Positions 27,265 to 32,887 of a stretch of 32,887 nt of DNA are shown piece after piece. Location: positions 1 to 32,887 of IMG/VR virus record IMGVR_UViG_3300031460_000004. One strand, given 5' to 3'. Source of the stretch: a virus (taxonomy: Duplodnaviria; Caudoviricetes). How positions within the stretch are numbered: position 1 is the first letter of the stretch; each line of letters opens with the position of its first letter. The position numbers were made by a program, and so were the translations under genes. The notes under the pieces were generated by a model. The model was not told the DNA's origin. It ran no database searches and was given only the letters and a program-made list of their open reading frames with translations.

Positions 27265-27513
27265 ATGGCACCTATAGCCATATGGAACCCGTTTGACAAT
27301 CATTTTGAAGTGCATCAAAGAGGCTTTGTTGATTGCGCGACCTGCACGCAGCATCACAATATGGAAGGAGAGCGATGTCGCCAACGGGGGTGCAATGGAG
27401 TTAAGCATTTCACGTTTGGTCCATGGCGCACCGACGCTGAAACGCAGGACGATTACAACCTATGGCAATGCGAAGGCGACACCTGCCACCACCAACATGG
27501 CTGCTATGACTAG
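27265..27513 (+). CDS. Cys/His-rich small protein (antisense moron)
   Basis: AAGGAGG RBS, ATG 27265; CATC, CRQRGC, CEGDTCHHQHGC; AT-richer than flanking genes. Confidence 0.7.
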   Translation: MAPIAIWNPFDNHFEVHQRGFVDCATCTQHHNMEGERCRQRGCNGVKHFTFGPWRTDAETQDDYNLWQCEGDTCHHQHGCYD

Positions 27514-27788
27514 CGCCGTAAGTAGTGGTCACACTCACTGATGGGCACACAGAGCGCCTTCGCGTCGGGCGCATGCCAGCGCGTGCTGCCGTTTGACATG
27601 ACCCGCGCGCCTGGGGCGAACACATACTCTGTGTCCGTCGTCGCCACCAGCACGCCGTCTATCGTCGTGCCCGCCTTCGTAATCAGCCACACGTTGTAGG
27701 CACGGCGCGTGCGGGCAGGGTCGGTGACGTCTGAGGCGGCCATGGCCTCGCGCAGCAGCCAGCGGAGGGCGCGTTGGAGGATGGGCAT
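27510..27788 (-). CDS. Hypothetical protein (possible small beta-barrel)
   Basis: 92-aa ORF between terL and portal; VWLITKAGTTIDGVLV resembles Sm/SH3-like barrels. Confidence 0.65.
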   Translation of the reverse strand: MPILQRALRWLLREAMAASDVTDPARTRRAYNVWLITKAGTTIDGVLVATTDTEYVFAPGARVMSNGSTRWHAPDAKALCVPISECDHYLRR

Positions 27789-27822
27789 GATGAACTACTA
27801 CCCTAACGCTGGTCGCTCATAC

Positions 27823-29487
27823 CTAGTAGCGGCTATCGGAGGTCCAACCTAGCCCGTCCGCGTCGCCCGCGTAGGGATTATGGCCGTACAGGTCGTCCGT
27901 GCCCTCGACGCCATAGCGGGAGTCGATTGAATAGTTTTGTAGCCCCAGGTCTGAGGCAAGGCTTGTCACGACCTGCTGTGTAGGAGCCCAGAGGCGTCCA
28001 ATTTCAGCCAGTGCGGCCGAAATTACACGGTCATCATGGGCGCTGCCGGAGGCATTCGTCGCACCTGAGTCCTCCAGCACGTACGTCATTGCCTCTGCCA
28101 CAAACGCGGCATTGCGGTACGGACGCCCCTCACGAATAGTCGCGGCCAGGGCGTCAATCATGACGGGTTTGCTCGCGCTCGTCGTCTTCCAGCCAGGCCG
28201 CTCCGTCACATTGCCGAACACATCTTGCTGCATGTGGAGGTTGCCGTACCCCTCAATGGATGTGAGGGCAAGCAAGGTCGCTGTTCCATGATTATTTTGT
28301 TCGACAACGGTGTAGGCGTCGTTGTACATGCGCCCGAGGACGGCAATGTGCCGTGCGAACTCCTCCGGTTCCCAGTGGCCGTGCAGTTCGGCCACATCGA
28401 GGCCCGTATAGTAGTCAAGGACGGTGGCCGAACTGTAGTCACCCCTGAGTAGGCCCTCGGCCGTGTCCACGCCCATCACATAGCGCCCATTCTCCATGGG
28501 CATCTCCCAGATGCGCGCGTGACCCAAGGGTTGCCCTGTCGTCGTATCCATCCCCAGGGGCAGTGTCTCGATGGGCGCGACGCCCGTCATGGCGCGCAGC
28601 GCGGGGATGTCGAAGCGGGGACGACCCGAGAGGATGAACGCTTCGGCGGCGTCCGCTGGGAACTCCTGAGCCGCGGCCCAGGCAGGAAGATTTGCCGTGG
28701 CCTGGTCGTACCATGCCTGGTCTCGCCCCGGCCTGACGAACCACGGCAGAAAGATAGGCGTCATCGCCGAGTCGCCCTCGGTCGCCTTAACCCACTGCTG
28801 ATGGAAGAAGTTGCCCGCGCCGTTAGCCGTGCTCATGCCCACGATGCGATTGCCGGCGCTGCGCGCGGTCGGCGCGGCGGCGGCGAACACCTGCGCTTGC
28901 AGATAGGGCGCTTGCCGCGCCCATTCGTCAATAATTAAGACCTGCGCGGCCAATGAGCGGGCGCTATTGGCCGTCGTCGGCTTGACGATGATGCGTGAGC
29001 GATTCACAAGGGAGATGCGGGAGATGATGGCCGTATTGATGACGGGGATACGCACCGCATCGGGCAGGTAGTCGTAGGCCACGCGGCACTTCGCCATGGC
29101 CTCGTTCGCTGTTTCGAGATCCTGCGAGAGGATGATGATGGTCCAGCCAGGGAAATGATGGATGCAGTAGACGGCGAGGGCGGCCACCGTCTCGGTCATG
29201 CCAATTTGCCGCGCCTTGAGCACGATGAGCTCGCGATAATGCCAGAACGCACGGATAAAGTCCTGCTGATAGTCGTACAGGACAAAGGGGATCGGTCCTT
29301 TGCCTGTATCGGACATCACCTTGCAGTTCGCGTTGATCCACGCGATGCAGTGGTCGGCGCGCTCATCGGGCGTCAGTTCGGCTTTAGGTGTTGCGGCCTC
29401 AGCCTGTCGTCGTCGCCGTTCGCGTTCCGCCAGAAGAATGTCCAGTGATGAGGGCGTCCAACTCTTCGTCGGTGAGGCGAGTGACAT
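27823..29487 (-). CDS. terL: Terminase large subunit
   Basis: LYDYQ adenine-binding motif, Walker A KARQIGMT, Walker B LIIDE, coupling motif STANG, nuclease GVDTAEG..DYS and HDDRVIS. Confidence 0.95.
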   Translation of the reverse strand: MSLASPTKSWTPSSLDILLAERERRRRQAEAATPKAELTPDERADHCIAWINANCKVMSDTGKGPIPFVLYDYQQDFIRAFWHYRELIVLKARQIGMTETVAALAVYCIHHFPGWTIIILSQDLETANEAMAKCRVAYDYLPDAVRIPVINTAIISRISLVNRSRIIVKPTTANSARSLAAQVLIIDEWARQAPYLQAQVFAAAAPTARSAGNRIVGMSTANGAGNFFHQQWVKATEGDSAMTPIFLPWFVRPGRDQAWYDQATANLPAWAAAQEFPADAAEAFILSGRPRFDIPALRAMTGVAPIETLPLGMDTTTGQPLGHARIWEMPMENGRYVMGVDTAEGLLRGDYSSATVLDYYTGLDVAELHGHWEPEEFARHIAVLGRMYNDAYTVVEQNNHGTATLLALTSIEGYGNLHMQQDVFGNVTERPGWKTTSASKPVMIDALAATIREGRPYRNAAFVAEAMTYVLEDSGATNASGSAHDDRVISAALAEIGRLWAPTQQVVTSLASDLGLQNYSIDSRYGVEGTDDLYGHNPYAGDADGLGWTSDSRY

Positions 29488-29917
29488 CTATGCGCTCCGT
29501 GGCCTCGCCCATGTCAAGCCGCTCGGTCTTATCGGCGTAGTCCAATAGGCGCGCGATCCAATCGCCGCGTTTCGCCAGCGCGGCGGCGTCTATCTTCGCC
29601 AGTGCCGCGACACCTTTGCCCCTGACCGCCGCCGCGACCTTAATGCGGTCCTGCCGGCGCTTGTCCAACTCAGCCAGCCGCGCGGCCTTGTCGCGCGCGG
29701 CGGCCTCGGCTGCTATCGCTTCGTCGTGCTGCCTACATCGCTCCTGCCAATGAAAGGACGATGACCACTCTTTGAGAGTGGCGATGCGCGTCGTGGGTGG
29801 ACGCAGTTCAGGTGCGCTTTGGTAGGTCTGCGCGAGGCATTCGAGGCTACGGGGCGGCGTCTGCGTCTGGTAGGCCGTATAGGCCCGCAACGCCTGTGCG
29901 GATTCGGTTGTCACCAT
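29399..29917 (-). CDS. terS: Terminase small subunit
   Basis: Overlaps the terL start; ESAQA..AY..Y, WSSSFHWQER and C-terminal DVTRLTDEELDAL patterns. Confidence 0.8.
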   Translation of the reverse strand: MVTTESAQALRAYTAYQTQTPPRSLECLAQTYQSAPELRPPTTRIATLKEWSSSFHWQERCRQHDEAIAAEAAARDKAARLAELDKRRQDRIKVAAAVRGKGVAALAKIDAAALAKRGDWIARLLDYADKTERLDMGEATERIDVTRLTDEELDALITGHSSGGTRTATTTG

Positions 29918-29932
29918 CGTTGTCGCCTACAC

Positions 29933-30499
29933 TTACGTCGTCATCGCTCGACACTGTAACCCTTGCGCCCGTAGTCGGTCCAACACTATGGCCTGCGCGT
30001 CTTTACTCTCGCACTCCACCAGCACGGTAAACCGCTCAGGAATCGGCGGCGTCTGGATGCTCAGATCTGTCGCCAGTTGGTCGCTCACCCGCACCGTCAA
30101 GTCGTCAAGGTCTTGCTGTGAGTAGCCCGTGCCGTCCAGTGCAACGTCTGTCGCACGAAGGTCATCAAGCAGATTGAGCAGCAAGCCCTGGTCATATCCA
30201 CCAAGGTCAGAGGTGCGGTTATCGACCAGGACAATGTGCGCCGCCTCCTTATCGTCGACATCGACGTAGGCCACCGGTACAGCGGTCACGCCAACGTCGT
30301 GCGCCGCATGCAGCAGGTGATTGCCGGCCAGCACCGTGTTGTCGCGCCGATTGACGACGAGATGGCGAAACATGCCATGTGTGCGGATACTATCCGCGAT
30401 AGCGTCAATATCGCCCGCACGAGGGTTGCGCGCATACGGCTTCAGGTCGCCAATGGGAACCATGGCTGTGCCGACGATGCTAATTAGTGTGTCGGTCAT
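29933..30499 (-). CDS. ParB/Srx N-terminal domain protein
   Basis: VPIGDLKPYARNPR...IADSIRTHG...VLAGNH...LVDNR; this family is common just upstream of terS. Confidence 0.85.
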   Translation of the reverse strand: MTDTLISIVGTAMVPIGDLKPYARNPRAGDIDAIADSIRTHGMFRHLVVNRRDNTVLAGNHLLHAAHDVGVTAVPVAYVDVDDKEAAHIVLVDNRTSDLGGYDQGLLLNLLDDLRATDVALDGTGYSQQDLDDLTVRVSDQLATDLSIQTPPIPERFTVLVECESKDAQAIVLDRLRAQGLQCRAMTT

Positions 30500-30504
30500 A
30501 CCCT

Positions 30505-30790
30505 GTCTCATCACGCGACACAAGCCGCCCGAGGGGAGCCATCGAAGGTTCCCCTCCACCAACGCCAGAGGGCGAACGGCGGCTCATCGTGCAGCGCACG
30601 CCATACCCCTCGCCACACCCAATAGAGGCAGGCGAGAGCGGGACTCGACTCCCACGAGCGGCGCGCGCTGTGTACAAACAGGCTGCGGGCGCCGTTGTTC
30701 CGCGCTGGAAGGAGGGCAGCGCGGCGGTCGCCCGCTCATGCAATGCAGCCAGTCGCAGATTGATGTGGCTTAACGCGCCGCAAACCACGG
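30505..30790 (-). ncRNA. Candidate structured non-coding RNA or leader
   Basis: About 290-nt gap with no convincing gene and several nested helices identified by eye. Confidence 0.5.
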
Positions 30791-30794
30791 GGTT

Positions 30795-30917
30795 TTAACC
30801 CCGGTGGGTAGGCGCGATGGCCATCTCAGCCGCGCGCAGGCGGTCGCTCGTCCCATCCTCATCCGTGCCCGTCTCGGGGTCAGGCGTGTCGCCGTAGGCA
30901 TCCGTGGTCTCACCCAT
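30795..30917 (-). CDS. Small acidic peptide (40 aa)
   Basis: MGETTDAYGDTPDPETG...; ATG overlaps the end of the upstream ORF; below the ORF-track cutoff. Confidence 0.45.
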   Translation of the reverse strand: MGETTDAYGDTPDPETGTDEDGTSDRLRAAEMAIAPTHRG

Positions 30918-31224
30918 CGCTGTCAACGCCTCTCTCCGCCGCCGCGCCGTGTCGCGCTAGCACGCGGCCCCGGTCGCCCAGGATAGGCGCCAAGACGCGC
31001 GCCCGCTCAAACGGCGTCTCGCACGCGGCCAGGAGCGCGGCCTGCTCTTTGTACTGGCGGTGCGCGTTCGCGGCCCGTACAAGGGCGCGACGCGCGGCGG
31101 TCGGGTCATGGCCGTTGCGCAGAACGCCCGCAAGCAGATCGATCTCGGCCGGGTCGCCCCAGGTAGGCGGCGGCGCGGCCTGGTAGTAGCGCCGGCCAAA
31201 CGAGGATGAGGCAGGCAGAGACAT
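30910..31224 (-). CDS. Hypothetical protein, first gene after the leader terminator
   Basis: GGAGGT RBS, ATG 31224. Confidence 0.65.
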   Translation of the reverse strand: MSLPASSSFGRRYYQAAPPPTWGDPAEIDLLAGVLRNGHDPTAARRALVRAANAHRQYKEQAALLAACETPFERARVLAPILGDRGRVLARHGAAAERGVDSDG

Positions 31225-31469
31225 GGCCTGACCTCCACCACGACGCCGACACAACAAGACGCCCCCGCGACCTGTGTAGTAGAGGTCGCGAGGGCGTTGT
31301 ATAACGGGTAAAAAGGCAACAGGGCGTAATTATCCACCCCCAGCATACGAGAGAAAAACAGCGATTTGCGGCGTTTGCGCGCATACGCAAAAAGTGGGGG
31401 CGTTGTAGCCGTAGGAGGGAGAAAGCGTTAGATAGTCAATTGAGCGGACGTTCCCCACCACAGGGAATG

Positions 31470-31513
31470 AAAAAGGGATGGCCTGGAGCCCTGGAAACTT
31501 TCAAGGCCATCCC
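31470..31513 (-). terminator. Intrinsic terminator of the late leader
   Basis: Minus strand GGGATGGCCT...AGGCCATCCC followed by TTTTT. Confidence 0.75.
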
Positions 31514-31525
31514 GTCCGTCGCCAT

Positions 31526-31599
31526 CCGCCCGTAGCTCAGTGGATTAGAGCAAACCAATTCGCATGGGGAGGCCGTGGGTTCGAGTCCCACTGGACGGA
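31526..31599 (+). tRNA. Degenerate tRNA-Arg(TCG)-like sequence (pseudo-tRNA), probably transcribed antisense
   Basis: Canonical D arm GCTC-AGTGGATTA-GAGC and T arm GTGGG-TTCGAGT-CCCAC; acceptor stem has one C-A mismatch; anticodon stem only 3 of 5 pairs; A32 and C37 atypical; no CCA. Confidence 0.65.
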
Positions 31600-31609
31600 T
31601 GCCTGTTTT

Positions 31610-31639
31610 ATTTTACATGCAATCGTGCGTTTTGGTCAA
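31610..31639 (-). promoter_or_regulatory. Putative late promoter
   Basis: Minus strand TTGACC-18 bp-TAAAAT; a start near 31603 points into the reverse complement of the tRNA. Confidence 0.65.
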
Positions 31640-31724
31640 CTATTTGGGTTGACGAGGCGCGCTGAACATCCTCATGCGAGCGCGGACTGGTCCGCTCGGT
31701 CGCGTGAACGACGCTGGGAGAAGG

Positions 31725-32423
31725 TCAACCTGCCTCATCCATGTCGTCGCCGCGGCTCGTCATCAGCGCCTCAACGATAGCGGAGGGTGGCACAATGCCG
31801 ATGTAGAGCGTACGAAAATGCAGGCGAGCGCGCTCTAAACGACGGGTCACGGTTGAATCGGTCACATGTAGATGCGACGCGATGACCTTTTGCTGGATGG
31901 CAGTCCGGCGCCCGAAGGAGAGCAGACGCTGTGCCAACGTTTCCTCGCCCTGCGCGGGATCGCCCGGCGCTGCGGCGTCGTCGTCGAGCGGATAGGCCAG
32001 GACGAACGCGGCGAAATCGTCAGGGTACACTTGGGCCATCAGGTCATACGCGCGCCGGACAGAAAAGCGGTCCACCTTGCGCATCAGGGCATCCTTGACC
32101 GTCACGTCGTAGACGTGGCTGCCCTCGTGCATCTGCTCCGTCATCGCAAAATAGGTCACCTCCGGCCGGTCAGTGTTGCGGTACGCGTCGCCTATTTCCG
32201 CGCCCACGCGCCGCGTGCGCTCGTCTGTAAATGCCTTCTGTTTGCCAAAGTTGACCGCACGGCGATCTAGACACGGTTTACACTCACACGACGGCGCGTG
32301 AAAAACACCCTTCGTCGTCACACGCGGTCGGGTGCTCTGCGGCCCACTCGCATACACGGAGCGGTGGTTCTGTGCTTTGCTTCCCACAGGGCTTCTCCTC
32401 TCGGAGTACAGGGCGCGTCTCAA
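31725..32423 (-). CDS. Putative late transcription regulator (Cys cluster plus C-terminal sigma-region-4-like HTH)
   Basis: H..SCECKPC near the N-terminus; QQKVIASHLHVTDSTVTRRLERAR HTH; directly upstream of the late promoter; start codon uncertain. Confidence 0.6.
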   Translation of the reverse strand: MRRALYSERRSPVGSKAQNHRSVYASGPQSTRPRVTTKGVFHAPSCECKPCLDRRAVNFGKQKAFTDERTRRVGAEIGDAYRNTDRPEVTYFAMTEQMHEGSHVYDVTVKDALMRKVDRFSVRRAYDLMAQVYPDDFAAFVLAYPLDDDAAAPGDPAQGEETLAQRLLSFGRRTAIQQKVIASHLHVTDSTVTRRLERARLHFRTLYIGIVPPSAIVEALMTSRGDDMDEAG

Positions 32424-32887
32424 CTGGCGCGCCGTCTGCCCTCAGCATAACGACAGGCTATGATTAGCGCCACATACTATATCGCAATCGCTATGCAAGG
32501 GTGAAAGGACGGCCGCGCCGTGTGCACGACGGTGTCGGAGGGGCTCTCCTTCGTATCCTTGCTCAACCGGCAGACCCAATCAAACAGGTTCATCGTTCCT
32601 CTCATGGTTATCGTCCTTCAGGATGCTACTAGCACGCGATAGGGACGTTGGACCAGGATGCGATGTCGCGTCGCGCCAACAGGCCGCCGACGGCGAGCGC
32701 CCCTGTCTTCCTTGTTGCCCTCTCCCTCGTGCGCTTATCGTACGACCTCATGGCCGTGTTCACTTACAGCCTATCCAGAAAGTCTTTGTTATGGTAAAGT
32801 AGAGATCGAACACGCGTGACGGACGCTCCCCCGAACGACACCAAAGGAAGATACTCCCCGCATGACAGCACGTCTCGCAGCCCCTAA

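Noticed and set aside
31332-31340. DnaA-box-like TTATCCACC
   Set aside because: Single mismatched copy with no cluster or unwinding element.
31526-31599. Functional tRNA-Arg or tRNA-Ala gene, or an attachment site
   Set aside because: Anticodon stem is broken and loop bases are atypical; the Ala(CGC) register pairs worse; no CCA, integrase or duplicated 3' end in the window, and phage-like genes continue on both sides.
31634-31652. GTCAAC...GTTGACC resembling the end of an IscB omega/HEARO RNA
   Set aside because: Only a 6-bp hairpin overlapping the -35 box; no IscB/TnpB gene or RNA scaffold follows. More likely an operator.
32430-32887. Short minus-strand ORFs at the right edge
   Set aside because: Under 60 aa or truncated by the window, with no recognisable motifs; cannot choose a frame reliably.

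Overview
A contiguous piece of a high-GC tailed-phage or prophage genome with contractile-tail (myovirus-type) morphogenesis genes. The late operon reads right to left on the minus strand. It starts with a putative Zn/HTH late regulator, a promoter-terminator leader that is the reverse complement of a tRNA, a ParB-like protein, TerS, TerL and portal. Head genes follow: small head-region proteins, a stand-alone paralog of the capsid A-domain, an 843-aa low-complexity protein, a Tudor-protease-scaffold fusion, a decoration protein and a Mu gpT-like major capsid protein. The neck and tail genes are adaptor, closure, gp10-like, terminator, sheath, tube, a frameshifted chaperone pair, tape measure with an SLT domain, tube initiator, a LysM protein and the start of a baseplate gene. 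Three antisense (plus-strand) insertions interrupt the operon: a Cys/His-rich gene between terL and portal, an Arc + HNH cassette after the capsid gene, and an approximately 4.2 kb island (two exported proteins, an HTH, small ORFs, a GIY-YIG nuclease) after the tape measure gene. The most unusual signals are the antisense-tRNA leader with a possible terminator/antiterminator switch, a second roughly 290-nt structured RNA, the isolated capsid A-domain paralog, a V-R/K-E motif shared across head proteins, a recoded capsid 3' end beside the HNH cassette, and a beta-clamp motif on the GIY-YIG nuclease. All calls come from motif reading and synteny only; no database search or folding program was run, and the host cannot be assigned.
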